DNA of 64,000 nucleotides from Cellvibrionaceae bacterium (GCA_045430295.1 JAILXX010000005.1:22345-86344); one strand, 5' to 3'. Shown: positions 42,223-52,234, counted from the first letter of the stretch. Notes: a model not told the origin generated them from the sequence alone. A program made the numbers and translations.

Positions 42223-43128
42223 ATGCTGCCATTAGTTTATCACCCAAATTATTCTTGCCCTTTTCCCGAAGATCATCGCTTTGTGATGTCAAAGTTTGTC
42301 CGCTTGTATAACCACGTTGTGACACTCGGCCTGGATAAAAACATTCGTCAGCCGGAGCCCGGTCAGGCACTTGATTTCCAAACGGTGCACTGTCCTGATT
42401 ATTTGCAGGAGCTAGCAATCAATGAAGTGGATTCAAAAGCATGGCGAGCAGTAGGGTTGCCATGGAGTGAAGGTTTGGTTGAACGAACCTTTACCGCGCC
42501 GAAGGGTACCCTGTTAACGGCTCAATTAGCCATGGAGCATGGTCTAGCTTGTCATCTCGCGGGCGGCACCCATCACGCTCACTACGACCATGGTTCTGGT
42601 TTTTGTATGCTCAATGACTTGGCTTTCGCTGCCGTAGGCATGCTGCAACATCCGAGCGTTAAAAAAATATTAATTTTTGATTTGGATGTTCATCAGGGTG
42701 ATGGTACAGCATCCATTTTAAGTGACCGAGAGGATATTTTTACTTGTTCAATTCACTGTGAAAAAAACTTTCCTTTTCGTAAATCGAAAAGTGATTTAGA
42801 TGTCGGTTTGGAAAAAGGTATCCAAGACGAAGAGTATTTAAAAGTCGTTATGGATGCACTGGAAATACTGATCGAACAAGAAAAGCCTGATTTAATTCTG
42901 TATGACGCAGGTGTAGACGTGTGGGAATACGACGCGCTAGGTCATATGCATGTTTCTTGGGAAGGCATTCAGCAGAGAGACAGGGAAGTAATTGAGTATT
43001 GCTTACGCAGGCATATCCCAGTTGCCACTGTGATTGGTGGTGGCTATGATCGAGATCATCAGCGATTAGCTGAGCGGCATGGCATTGTTATTGAGACAGC
43101 GTCAGGTCTTTTTAATCGACTTGGATAA
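42223..43128 (+). CDS. Zn-dependent histone-deacetylase-family protein
   Basis: GGTHHA, GSGFCMLND, DLDVHQGDGT, AGVD, IGGGY. Confidence 0.93.
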   Translation: MLPLVYHPNYSCPFPEDHRFVMSKFVRLYNHVVTLGLDKNIRQPEPGQALDFQTVHCPDYLQELAINEVDSKAWRAVGLPWSEGLVERTFTAPKGTLLTAQLAMEHGLACHLAGGTHHAHYDHGSGFCMLNDLAFAAVGMLQHPSVKKILIFDLDVHQGDGTASILSDREDIFTCSIHCEKNFPFRKSKSDLDVGLEKGIQDEEYLKVVMDALEILIEQEKPDLILYDAGVDVWEYDALGHMHVSWEGIQQRDREVIEYCLRRHIPVATVIGGGYDRDHQRLAERHGIVIETASGLFNRLG

Positions 43129-43154
43129 AACCAGAAAAACACGGAGAAATAATT

Positions 43155-43517
43155 ATGAATGAAGTTGTAGAGCAATCCCAGGTAAGTGATTCTTCATCGG
43201 GTACCGCAAAGGTAATTTATATCTTGTACCTGATCGGTATTATTTTGGGGGTCACGGGTATCGTTGGTGTCATCATGGCTTATGTGAGTAAGAGTGAAGC
43301 GCCGGATTGGTTAAAAACCCATTATCAGTTTCAAATCCGAACCTTCTGGATTGGTTTGTTATTTATGGTAATTGGCGGTTTCTTGCTGATGGTGCTGATT
43401 GGTTATTTGGTCTTCTTATTCTGGACTGTATGGTTGATTATTCGTTCAGTGAAGGGCTTACAAGCATTGGAGCGGAAAGAGCCTGTGGCGAATCCAACCT
43501 CTTGGATGTTTGGGTGA
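43155..43517 (+). CDS. Membrane protein, DUF4870-like
   Basis: YILYL, GVIMAYV, THYQFQIRTFW, RSVKG motifs. Confidence 0.8.
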   Translation: MNEVVEQSQVSDSSSGTAKVIYILYLIGIILGVTGIVGVIMAYVSKSEAPDWLKTHYQFQIRTFWIGLLFMVIGGFLLMVLIGYLVFLFWTVWLIIRSVKGLQALERKEPVANPTSWMFG

Positions 43518-43520
43518 TTG

Positions 43521-43633
43521 TTGGACGTTGGACGTTGGACGTTGGACGTGAGGTGAGAGATGTAGGTCGGCCTTTAGGCCGACATGTTACTCAGTAGCAG
43601 TCGTCTTTCATCTCCCATCTTTCATCTCCCATT
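43521..43633. repeat. (TTGGACG)x4 heptamer tract, a GTAG REP and complementary-type heptamers
   Basis: Four exact copies at 43521-43548, REP at 43561-43584, then catctcc/catcttt heptamers. Confidence 0.75.
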
Positions 43634-43667
43634 AAAAAAGGCTCCCGAAGGAGCCTTTTTTAATGGG
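43628..43667. terminator. Bidirectional terminator
   Basis: cccattaaaaaaggctc...gagccttttttaatggg between convergent genes. Confidence 0.9.
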
Positions 43668-43682
43668 CGTCTAAAATCGAAC

Positions 43683-45239
43683 TTAGGCTTGTGGGCCTGC
43701 AGCTTCGATGTCAGCACCAGCTTCGAACTTCTTGATGTTCTCAGCGAATAGACCAGCCAGCTTTTTAGCTTGCGCTTCGTATTCAGCGTCGTTGTCCCAC
43801 GCTTTGTACGGGTTCAAGTAGCTGTCTTCAACGCCTGGTAGAGACTTAGGAATATCCAAGTTCAGGATGTCCAAGTGCTCAGTTTCAGCATTTTCCAAAG
43901 AACCGCTCTGGATGGCGTGAACAACGGCGCGAGTAACAGGAATTGGGAAGCGAGAGCCTTTGCCGCCAGGGCCGCCAGCACCGCCAGTCCAACCGGTGTT
44001 TACCAGGTAAACTTTCGCGCCGAAGTCTTCGATACGCTTCATCAGCAGCTCAGCGTAAACTTTTGCAGGGCGTGGCATGAAAGGCGCGCCGAAGCAGGTA
44101 GAGAACGCAGGCTGAATACCAGCTTCAGCACCCATCTCGGTAGAACCTACGCGAGCGGTGTAGCCAGATAGGAAGTGGTAAGCCGCAGCTTCTTTGCTCA
44201 AGACAGAAACCGGTGGGATAACACCAGAAACGTCACAAGTCAGGAAGATAACATTCTTCGGTTCGCCTGCTGCGTTTTCTTCAACACGCATTTCTACGTG
44301 CTCAAGAGGGTAAGAGCAGCGACCGTTTTCAGAAATATGGGTATCGCAGTAGTCAGCAACACGAGTCTCTGGGTCCATAGCGATGTTTTCAACGATGGCG
44401 CCGAACTTGATGGCGTCCCAGATTACAGGCTCGTTCTTCTGGCTCAGGTCGATGGTTTTTGCGTAGCAACCGCCTTCCATGTTGAATACAGAACCTTTCG
44501 CCCAGCCGTGCTCGTCGTCACCAATCAGGTAGCGCTCTTCGTCAGCAGACAGGGTAGTTTTACCGGTGCCAGACAGGCCGAAGAACAAGCAAACGTCGCC
44601 TTCTTTACCAACGTTCGCAGAACAGTGCATTGGCATAACGTCTTTCTCTGGTAACAGGAAGTTCTGAACAGAGAACATAGACTTCTTCATCTCACCGGCG
44701 TATTTCAGGCCAGCAACCAGTACTTTGCGCTGAGCGATATTCACAATACATACCGCATCAGAGTTAGTGCCATCACGCTCTGGGTCACACGCGAAGTTAG
44801 CCGCGTGCAGGATACGCCACTCTTCTTTACCTTTTGGGTTGTAGTTCGGAGTGCGGATGAACATGTTGCGGCCGAACAGGGCGTGCCATGCAGTTTCAGT
44901 AGTCACTTCAACTGGGATGTAGTGCTCGGCATCGGCGCCTACGTGCAGGTTCGATACGAAAGTATCGGTCTGAGCAACGTGCGCAGCAACGCGCTCCCAT
45001 AGAGCGTCGAATTTGTCGGCGTCGAATGGGCGGTTAACGTTGCCCCAATCGATAGAGTCTTCGCTGCTTGGCTCGCGAACGATAAAACGGTCGGCAGGAG
45101 AGCGGCCAGTACGTTCGCCAGTGATAGCCACGATAGCGCCAGTGGAAGAAAGAGTAACCTCTTTGCGAAGCAAAGCTTGCTCAATTAACTGAGGCGAGGT
45201 CAGGTTTGAGTAAATGGTTGGGGCTGTGTCTTGGGTCAT
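43683..45239 (-). CDS. pckA: Phosphoenolpyruvate carboxykinase (ATP)
   Basis: [41 protein letters not shown]. Confidence 0.97.
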   Translation of the reverse strand: MTQDTAPTIYSNLTSPQLIEQALLRKEVTLSSTGAIVAITGERTGRSPADRFIVREPSSEDSIDWGNVNRPFDADKFDALWERVAAHVAQTDTFVSNLHVGADAEHYIPVEVTTETAWHALFGRNMFIRTPNYNPKGKEEWRILHAANFACDPERDGTNSDAVCIVNIAQRKVLVAGLKYAGEMKKSMFSVQNFLLPEKDVMPMHCSANVGKEGDVCLFFGLSGTGKTTLSADEERYLIGDDEHGWAKGSVFNMEGGCYAKTIDLSQKNEPVIWDAIKFGAIVENIAMDPETRVADYCDTHISENGRCSYPLEHVEMRVEENAAGEPKNVIFLTCDVSGVIPPVSVLSKEAAAYHFLSGYTARVGSTEMGAEAGIQPAFSTCFGAPFMPRPAKVYAELLMKRIEDFGAKVYLVNTGWTGGAGGPGGKGSRFPIPVTRAVVHAIQSGSLENAETEHLDILNLDIPKSLPGVEDSYLNPYKAWDNDAEYEAQAKKLAGLFAENIKKFEAGADIEAAGPQA

Positions 45240-45248
45240 GCCAACAAG

Positions 45249-45316
45249 TCCTACTGTGTGCTTAATAAATAAAGTCTTTTAAGCCTCGATGACCGTCCTC
45301 TGACGCATCCTGTCAG
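45249..45316 (-). promoter_or_regulatory. Putative CsrA/RsmA sites in the pckA leader
   Basis: Minus strand: ctgac-AGGATGC-gtcag hairpin, an adjacent AGAGGA, and a GTAGGA overlapping the RBS. Confidence 0.55.
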
Positions 45317-45544
45317 CGGAACCTTGGGTCGGGCCTGTAAAATTTGGGGGCGTATTATGGCAGAAGATATTGGGCTGTGCGATAGCTGGTGGGTAAAAAA
45401 TAGCCGCTTTCAGGAGGGTTTTCTGGGGGCTTGTGCCGATAGTCACTATAGCTTGCAGGAATAGCTGTACCGGCGTTCCGGTAGGTGTTTTTATGATTGT
45501 GCAGTCACATTTTTTGAGGGAGTAAAAGCCTGCTGGATTAGCGC

Positions 45545-46438
45545 TTAGTGGAGTGTGGATTTTTTAAAGATATCGCCCACGTCATCCAGTGAAAAATCGT
45601 AGCGTGTACCACAGAATTGGCAGTCGACGTTCACATTGCCTTGTTCACTGAGCATAGCAGTGACTTCCTCTGCGCCCATCGCTTTCAGGGCTTGGCCTGT
45701 TCGCTCCCTAGAGCAGGTGCAGCTGAACTTCAGTGGCTTAGGATCGAAGAGGCGTACGCTCTCTTGGTGGTAGAGCCGGTGAAGTAGGGTTTGGTGGTCG
45801 AGAGTGACCATTTCATTGGGTGTCACACTCTCTGCTAGGGTGCTGACATGCTGCCAGTAGTCTTTATTTTCTTCTTCGCTGGCCAGCTGCTGAGGAAGGC
45901 GCTGTAGCAGCATGCCGGTGGCAGTTTTGCCGTCGCAGGAGATCCAGAATCGAGTGGGGAGCTGTTCCGACAGGGTGAAGTAGTCTTCCAGGCATTCTTG
46001 CAAAGTCGGCTTGGAAAGGGGAATGATGCCTTGGTAGCGCTCCCCTTTTGTGGGGTCGATGGTGAGGATCAGGTGCCCTTCACCTACGAGATCCGCCAAA
46101 CTTCCGGAAAGCGCACTATTGTCTTCTTCACTTTCTGCGGTTCTGGCGATACCGCGTATTCCCCTTTGGTGATTGCATTCCGCCATTAACAGCGGGATTG
46201 GACCATCGCCTCGTGCTTGAAGGGTGAGAATACCTTCGAACTTGAGGGTTGCGGCTAATAGGCAAGCAGCAGCGAGAAACTCCCCAAGCCGTTGTTCTAC
46301 ATCGGCACTGTAACGGCCATTTTTCAGTACATCCCGATAACTGTTGCTAAGGGTGACAAGCTCACCGCGGCAGTCTTTTTGTTCAAAAAGAAAGCGGTGT
46401 AGTTGGTCTTCTGATATGGTTTTTTCTAATGTTGACAA
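45545..46438 (-). CDS. hslO: Hsp33 chaperone
   Basis: YQGII, SEQLPT, CTCSRE and CQFCG zinc motif. Confidence 0.96.
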   Translation of the reverse strand: MSTLEKTISEDQLHRFLFEQKDCRGELVTLSNSYRDVLKNGRYSADVEQRLGEFLAAACLLAATLKFEGILTLQARGDGPIPLLMAECNHQRGIRGIARTAESEEDNSALSGSLADLVGEGHLILTIDPTKGERYQGIIPLSKPTLQECLEDYFTLSEQLPTRFWISCDGKTATGMLLQRLPQQLASEEENKDYWQHVSTLAESVTPNEMVTLDHQTLLHRLYHQESVRLFDPKPLKFSCTCSRERTGQALKAMGAEEVTAMLSEQGNVNVDCQFCGTRYDFSLDDVGDIFKKSTLH

Positions 46439-46553
46439 TGTGTTATCTCGGATTGAAGGCTGTTAGCAAGATATATAGAAGCTTATAGCCTAAATTATTC
46501 GGGAATACCAATTATGGTGCCGCGTCTAGTTTGTAAGATGTAGCTGGCTACAG

Positions 46554-47012
46554 CTATTTGCAGTGTTTTTGAATCATTTTCTGAAATTTATCTGCCATGG
46601 CTTGACGTTCCTTTTCAGTGATTTTGGTTTCACTGCCGTCTTCATTGGTGAAGTAAACCGGCCTTTGCAAAATACCTAGGTGCTTGCGGGCTTTCTTGCA
46701 GGCTCTGTTGAGCTTGGCTTTTTTAAATTGCTCTTTCGTCTGTTGTTGTTTTTCGTGATTCTCTGTAGCTTGTCTTTCTTTATTTCGTATTTCATTGATT
46801 TGCCGGTGAGTGCTGGCACTACTGTCACTGTTGGTGTGCGAGGTGTCGACGGATTCTGTCTTTGCTGATGAGGGAGGTTTATCGCCAAAGTGGACCTTGC
46901 CGTTTTCGCCGGTCCAGCGGTAAATTTCAGCGAATGCTGTTGTAGTCAGTGCTAATGACATTGCTAGGGATAAGGCAGTCTTAATTAGTAGGGAAAGGCT
47001 GAATGTATACAT
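46554..47012 (-). CDS. DUF4124-domain exported protein
   Basis: Signal peptide then AEIYRWTGENGKVHFGDKPP; C-terminal Cys pair. Confidence 0.85.
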   Translation of the reverse strand: MYTFSLSLLIKTALSLAMSLALTTTAFAEIYRWTGENGKVHFGDKPPSSAKTESVDTSHTNSDSSASTHRQINEIRNKERQATENHEKQQQTKEQFKKAKLNRACKKARKHLGILQRPVYFTNEDGSETKITEKERQAMADKFQKMIQKHCK

Positions 47013-47057
47013 ATTGTTCTGTTCTTCAGGCAAAAAAAGGGAATTTTTACTTGAGCT

Positions 47058-47456
47058 TTAATCGTTAGTGTCTTGAATAAAACGGTGAATTTGTCGGCGC
47101 TGTTTCTTCGTAGGCCGCCCTTCGCTAAGAATGGTGGCTTGACCGGCTTTGCGCTGGGTTGCTTCCAGTTCCCGTTTGGCGATGCTTTCGGGGGTTTCCG
47201 TGTAGAGCATTTGGGCCTCTGGCGCTCCACGGCGCTGCTCTGAAAGCTTGTTAACGATCACAATTCTTTCATCCCAGCCTTGGCGGATTTGTAGGGTCAT
47301 GCCCACTTCGATGTCTTTGCTAGGTTTGGTGCGATGGCCTTCCACATGAACTTTTCCGCCTTCGATCGCTTTCTTGGCGAGGCCGCGGGTTTTAAAAAAA
47401 CGGGCAGCCCATAGCCATTTGTCGATACGTACTTTTTGTAAATTGGCTTCGTTCAT
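47058..47456 (-). CDS. hslR: Ribosome-associated heat shock protein Hsp15
   Basis: RIDKWLWAARFFKTR, RPTKKQRR. Confidence 0.96.
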   Translation of the reverse strand: MNEANLQKVRIDKWLWAARFFKTRGLAKKAIEGGKVHVEGHRTKPSKDIEVGMTLQIRQGWDERIVIVNKLSEQRRGAPEAQMLYTETPESIAKRELEATQRKAGQATILSEGRPTKKQRRQIHRFIQDTND

Positions 47457-48133
47457 TGGCTGGTTTTTCGCTGATTTGTTGCGACCGGCATAATTTCATC
47501 GAAGTGGTGAATGGCGGGAAAGCCCAGCTGGCCGCGAATGTCTTTCTTGCTGTCTGGTTGTCGAATACAGAGTAGGTTACTGATGCCAAATTGCTGTGCT
47601 GCATCGAGGACGACTTCGGTGTCGTCAATAAATAAGGTGCGTTTTGGGTCGAAATGTTCTCGAGCTTGCAGGCGTTTCCAAAATAGGGCGGATTCTTTGG
47701 GGAGATCAAACTCGTGGGAAGAGATGATCTTACCCAGTAGTCGATCGATATTGGTTTTTTCCATTTTTAGGTCGACGCTATCTGGGTGTGCGTTGGTGAC
47801 TAACCAGACTTGTTTTCCCGTATCCTGTAGTTGCTGAAGAAAGGCTTCAACATGGGGGCGCACTTCAATGAGGTGCATCACTTCTCGCTTGAGATCCACA
47901 ATGTTGATATCCAGCGCCTCGGTCCAATAATCCAAGCAGTACCAGTTGAGGGTGTGCTTCTCTTTTTCGATATGGGCGTGAAGGTTTGTGGTGGCTTCTT
48001 CTTCGCTGACGTTATGCTTGGCGGCGTAGGATTTTGGCAGATGGTGTAGCCAAAAATGGTTGTCGAAATGGAGATCCAGTAAGGTGCCATCCATATCCAA
48101 AAGCACGGTGTCTATTTCAGTCCAGTTGATCAT
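47453..48133 (-). CDS. yrfG: GMP/IMP nucleotidase (HAD family)
   Basis: IDTVLLDMDGTLLDLHFDNHFW, LNWYCLDYW, LVTNAH, LFIDD. Confidence 0.95.
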   Translation of the reverse strand: MINWTEIDTVLLDMDGTLLDLHFDNHFWLHHLPKSYAAKHNVSEEEATTNLHAHIEKEKHTLNWYCLDYWTEALDINIVDLKREVMHLIEVRPHVEAFLQQLQDTGKQVWLVTNAHPDSVDLKMEKTNIDRLLGKIISSHEFDLPKESALFWKRLQAREHFDPKRTLFIDDTEVVLDAAQQFGISNLLCIRQPDSKKDIRGQLGFPAIHHFDEIMPVATNQRKTSQ

Positions 48134-48175
48134 GGCTATAATGGCGCTTTCTTGGTTGTTAACAGGCCTAACAGT

Positions 48176-48751
48176 ATGCCCACAAAACCTAAAATATTGA
48201 AGCGTGACTATGCTGGTGGCAGTCGCCTATTCAAAGCCGAAGAGCTGTATTTACAGTTTAGCAATGGCGAAGAGCGGTTGTATGAGCGCTTGATCAGTGG
48301 AGGTCATGGTGCGGTGATGGTGGTGCCGGTAACCGAGGATAATCAGCTTATTTTGATTCGTGAATATGCCGCAGGTACGGAAGACTACCCTTGGAGCTTA
48401 CCAAAAGGAGCCATCGATAAAGGGGAAGATAAATTTACTGCTGCAAATCGAGAATTACAGGAAGAGGCAGGTTTTAAGGCTGAGGAATTAATTTTCTTAA
48501 AGTGGCTAAGTTTGTCCCCCAGTTATATGGGGCACGGTATCGAAGTGATTTTAGCAAGAGGTTTAACGCTGAGTCGGTTAGTTGGTGATGAGCCGGAACC
48601 TATTGAGACGATGACTTGGCCGCTAGATGATATTACGGGCCTTATAATGCGAGAAGATTTTCACGAAGGCAGGGCAGTGGCTGCATTGTTTCTGGCTCAA
48701 AAATTTTTAGAAAATGAATACAAGTACAAAGATGAGAATCAAAGTGAGTAA
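48176..48751 (+). CDS. nudE: ADP-compound hydrolase NudE
   Basis: FSNGEERLYER, Nudix box LPKGAIDKGE..AANRELQEEAG, GDEPEP. Confidence 0.93.
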   Translation: MPTKPKILKRDYAGGSRLFKAEELYLQFSNGEERLYERLISGGHGAVMVVPVTEDNQLILIREYAAGTEDYPWSLPKGAIDKGEDKFTAANRELQEEAGFKAEELIFLKWLSLSPSYMGHGIEVILARGLTLSRLVGDEPEPIETMTWPLDDITGLIMREDFHEGRAVAALFLAQKFLENEYKYKDENQSE

Positions 48752-49580
48752 TGAAATAAATTTGGCGTTACGAGATAACGTGTTAGCGCTTTGCCGCCAG
48801 GCAGGTGACGCTATTTTAGAAGTTTACAATCGTTCGGGTGATGTGGCTGTAGAAAGCAAAGCGGATGATTCTCCACTAACAGCGGCGGATTTGGCGGCGC
48901 ATAAAGTTCTGGTGGCAGGCTTAGAGGGTTTGTTGGTAGATACACCTGTACTTTCTGAGGAGGGAGAGCAACCCGAATGGGATATTCGGAAAACATGGAA
49001 TCGCTATTGGATTATTGATCCATTAGACGGCACAAAAGAATTTATTAAACGCAGCGGTGAATTTACGGTAAATGTTGCTTTGATCGATAACGGTCGCCCC
49101 GTGTTGGGGGTGGTGTTTGTGCCGGTATTAAATGTGGGGTATAGCGGCGTACACGGCGTTGGTGCCTACCGCCATGGCGAGAATACCGAGGCAGCAATTT
49201 CTGTACGTAAGGTTCAGTCAAGAATTGATAGTGGCGAACCGGTAGCGCTAGTTGCCAGTCGCAGCCATGGTGCAGAAGCGGTTGAGGTATTGATGTCACG
49301 ATTGGAAAACGAGCTTGGAGCAAAAGTGGAAACCACTAATATGGGTAGCTCTTTAAAGTTGTGTTTGGTTGCTGAAGGTAAGGCAGACTTGTATCCACGT
49401 TTGGCACCGACTTGCGAATGGGATACGGCAGCAGCGCAGGCTGTTGTGGAGGCCGCGGGAGGTGAAGTGTGGACCGATCAATTAGACGTAATGAGCTACA
49501 ACGGTAAAGAAGAGTTATTAAATCCACATTTTTATGTGGTGGGGGATACCAGTTTTCAGTGGCGAGAGTTATTGAAGTAA
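48744..49580 (+). CDS. cysQ: 3'(2'),5'-bisphosphate nucleotidase
   Basis: SPLTAAD, VLSEE, IDPLDGTKEF, GSSLK, EWDTAAA; GTG start inferred. Confidence 0.95.
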   Translation: MSNEINLALRDNVLALCRQAGDAILEVYNRSGDVAVESKADDSPLTAADLAAHKVLVAGLEGLLVDTPVLSEEGEQPEWDIRKTWNRYWIIDPLDGTKEFIKRSGEFTVNVALIDNGRPVLGVVFVPVLNVGYSGVHGVGAYRHGENTEAAISVRKVQSRIDSGEPVALVASRSHGAEAVEVLMSRLENELGAKVETTNMGSSLKLCLVAEGKADLYPRLAPTCEWDTAAAQAVVEAAGGEVWTDQLDVMSYNGKEELLNPHFYVVGDTSFQWRELLK

Positions 49581-49627
49581 AGGAGTTTTGAACGCTCAGA
49601 ATTACAGTGTAAAAGTCAGCTCGGACC

Positions 49628-49763
49628 TGTCATCCTGACGAACGGCGTGAGGAAGGATCTTTTCTAGGTAGGCGTGTATTTTAAAAAAGATTCTTCACTT
49701 GCCCTATAAGGATGGAGGGCATTTCAAAAACGCAGGAGCAGTTTTTGATCGTTCAGAATGACA
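49628..49763. repeat. Inverted REP pair whose right arm is interrupted by copy 2 of the 53-bp element (49699-49751)
   Basis: tgtcatcctgacg...gaaggatct and agattcttcac[insert]ttcagaatgaca; compare the uninterrupted copy at 14844-14871. Confidence 0.8.
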
Positions 49764-49787
49764 TAATTTGTCCAGCGCCCAGCGTTA

Positions 49788-50147
49788 TTAGACTACTCGC
49801 TTGATGGTTTTACACAGGGTTTCGGGTTGGAATGGTTTTACAATCCAGCCTGTAACGCCGGCGTCTTTACCTTCCATTTTTTTATCTTTTGTTGATTCAG
49901 TGGTTAATACCAAGATTGGTACGCTTTTATAGTTGGGTAGCTCCCGTAATTTTTTTGCCAATTCAATTCCATTGAGATTGGGCATGTTCCGATCGGTGAG
50001 TACGACATCAAAGGCTTCTTTTTGAGCAAGTTCAAGAGCCTCTTGGCCATCAGAAGCTTCGGTGCAGTCGTGGCCGTCGCCTTTCAAGGTGAATGAAGCC
50101 ATTTGGCGCATGGAGGAAGAGTCGTCGACGACAAGAATCTTGGCCAT
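49788..50147 (-). CDS. Single-domain CheY-like response regulator
   Basis: ILVVDDSSSMR, LTDRNMP, LTTES, GWIVKPF. Confidence 0.92.
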   Translation of the reverse strand: MAKILVVDDSSSMRQMASFTLKGDGHDCTEASDGQEALELAQKEAFDVVLTDRNMPNLNGIELAKKLRELPNYKSVPILVLTTESTKDKKMEGKDAGVTGWIVKPFQPETLCKTIKRVV

Positions 50148-50248
50148 GATGTGTAAAACCTTACGTGCTGAGTGTTCGAAGATATATTGATTGTTTTCAA
50201 TGCTAAGTTTAAGTGAGTTGGCGTAAATTGCCACCAATAACCTAAAAA

Positions 50249-50280
50249 AGTAAGCCCAGCTTCATAAAGCTGGGCTTACT
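50249..50280. terminator. Intrinsic terminator
   Basis: agtaagcccagctt / aagctgggcttact hairpin with an A run on its left (U tail on the minus strand). Confidence 0.85.
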
Positions 50281-50325
50281 GTCGGAATCACTAGCTACTC
50301 GTGCTGCTGAGCAGCTCTGGGACTG

Positions 50326-51084
50326 CTAGAAATACAGCTCGATCCCTGCGTATGGACCATCAAACTCAATGTCTGCCGTTACATCGTCGGCTTCGTCGAG
50401 CTCTAGCTCAAGAATACGGTAGCCAGCTTTTAGATTCAGGGTAATCACGGGAGTGAACTCAGTTTCAAAGGTGATTTCAGCCTTAGTATCACTCATGGTG
50501 TAGTCGTCGTAACTCAGCGCATCAATGGTGGCAGCAACAGAGAGGCCGGTGAACGGCAGATTTACAGCGGCGCCCAGGTGAATCATCGGTATAACACCAT
50601 CAACAGTAACGCTTTCAGTCTCTAAAGCGGTTGTCATGGTGAGTGTAGAGTCGAACTGGCGGAAAGTTAGGCCCACATCCGCTTCAACCACATTGTCGAG
50701 GATTTCATAGTACAGGGTGAGGTCTGTATGGCTAAGGTCGATGCTGGTGGTTACAGGGATATCCGGTGTAAAGGCGAGGTCATCCAGTCGGGCAGCGACA
50801 TCCAGTTCACCGGTGCCGGTCACGTCTAGTTCGGTATGTTGTAGCCGAATATTGGGGACCAGTGGCACGGGGTGTTCGATACTGGCGTAATAGTAATTTT
50901 GGTTTTCTTTATCGATGCCTAATTCATTTTCCATATCGATAGCATCAGGGCCAACAGAACCTGAAGTCGTCGGATTCCACATTCCTGCGCCGGCGCGAAT
51001 GCCCAGAAAGGTATCGGCGTGAGCGGTGAAGGTTGTTGCAGAGAGTGCTAAAGCTAGCGTTGCTAATGTAATACGGTTTTGCAT
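50326..51084 (-). CDS. Outer-membrane beta-barrel protein (TIGR04219-like)
   Basis: Signal peptide, EHPVPLVPNIRL, DLTLYYEILDN, terminal Phe. Confidence 0.88.
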   Translation of the reverse strand: MQNRITLATLALALSATTFTAHADTFLGIRAGAGMWNPTTSGSVGPDAIDMENELGIDKENQNYYYASIEHPVPLVPNIRLQHTELDVTGTGELDVAARLDDLAFTPDIPVTTSIDLSHTDLTLYYEILDNVVEADVGLTFRQFDSTLTMTTALETESVTVDGVIPMIHLGAAVNLPFTGLSVAATIDALSYDDYTMSDTKAEITFETEFTPVITLNLKAGYRILELELDEADDVTADIEFDGPYAGIELYF

Positions 51085-51159
51085 GATGCCCCCAAGTGGA
51101 TCGAAAAATCCCCTGTAGTTTAGCGGTTTTATCATGCTGTGCATCCTTTATTGATTGGG

Positions 51160-51177
51160 AATGTGTAATTGTTCACG
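51160..51177. promoter_or_regulatory. CRP-like site
   Basis: AA-TGTGT-N6-TCACG (8/10 core match) in a divergent promoter region. Confidence 0.4.
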
Positions 51178-51267
51178 CGGGAAGATCCAGATGCCAATAA
51201 AGCTGACACTGTAATAAACATGGCCTATGGTGTTAGGTTTTAACAATAACAAAAAGGATGATTTACT

Positions 51268-52230
51268 GTGTCAGAGTTGCCCCCGTACGTTCATTTTCCC
51301 GGAAATCCAATAGCAACCCCCCCGTGCCTGATGTCGGATGTAAATCTGTATGGCTTTTTCTTGGAGGGTGATTTAGCGGTTATTCAGAAATTTATCGATC
51401 AAACATTGAACGCTAATGCGACTGAATCCGTGCGCTTTAAGGCTCTGTCAAAATATACGCTGTTGTCCTTTGCCAATATTGGCAGTATCACGTCTTTGGC
51501 GCCTGAGTATAAGAATGAAGGCTGGTTGCCAGAGCGAGATGTGGTTATTTGGCTGCCAGTGGCAAAAATGGTGAAGAAGGGGGATGACGAGAAGATTGAT
51601 TATATTTACTGGTATCCGGCCTTTATCTCTGTAGATAACATTTATGCCATCTTAAATGGTCGAGAAATCTGGGGATATAACAAGTATTTGTGTGAGTGTG
51701 ATATGCCGTCTGATGGTTCTGTGCCAGAAACATTGTCGGTCAGCTTGCAGGGGTTCCAGCCGTATTCTCCGGATACCAAGATGGCGAGCCATGAATTGCT
51801 CACCGTTACAAAAATCAATGATGGCCATGAAAATCCATTTGAAGAGTTTGTGGATTTCGTTAAAGAAGTATTTGAATTGTTGCGCTCGGGGCACGACTTC
51901 TTTGATCTTGATATCAATGCATTGAAGCAAATGATGTCGGGCTTCATTGACCCCAAAATGGATCAAATTTTATTTAAGCAATTCCCTGACGGTGATGGCA
52001 ATAAAGCCTTGTATCAAAAAGTGATGAGCTCTCCATCAGATATCAAAAAGATTCACACAGCCAAAATTTATACCCATGAATTTGAAGTGAAGGTGAATCC
52101 TTTTGCCAGTTTCCCATTGACTGAAATGTTTGGTATTCCCGAGGGTATCAGTCATCCGATATTACCTTTTATGATAAGCATGGACTTCGAACAGGAAGCC
52201 GCCACTGAAATAGACATGGATAAGGAGTGA
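51268..52230 (+). CDS. Acetoacetate decarboxylase-like superfamily protein
   Basis: ISVDN...NGREIWGYNK motif (Schiff-base Lys position) and LFKQFPD...ALYQ; AAGGA RBS before GTG. Confidence 0.75.
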   Translation: MSELPPYVHFPGNPIATPPCLMSDVNLYGFFLEGDLAVIQKFIDQTLNANATESVRFKALSKYTLLSFANIGSITSLAPEYKNEGWLPERDVVIWLPVAKMVKKGDDEKIDYIYWYPAFISVDNIYAILNGREIWGYNKYLCECDMPSDGSVPETLSVSLQGFQPYSPDTKMASHELLTVTKINDGHENPFEEFVDFVKEVFELLRSGHDFFDLDINALKQMMSGFIDPKMDQILFKQFPDGDGNKALYQKVMSSPSDIKKIHTAKIYTHEFEVKVNPFASFPLTEMFGIPEGISHPILPFMISMDFEQEAATEIDMDKE

Positions 52231-52234
52231 TAGT

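Noticed and set aside
43875-45002. Plus-strand ORFs opposite pckA, and similar ones opposite ubiD, hemX, edd and pyk
   Set aside because: Fully overlap well-supported genes; explained as shadow frames
45490-45515. CRP-like site upstream of pckA
   Set aside because: Only one half-site (TCACA) matches
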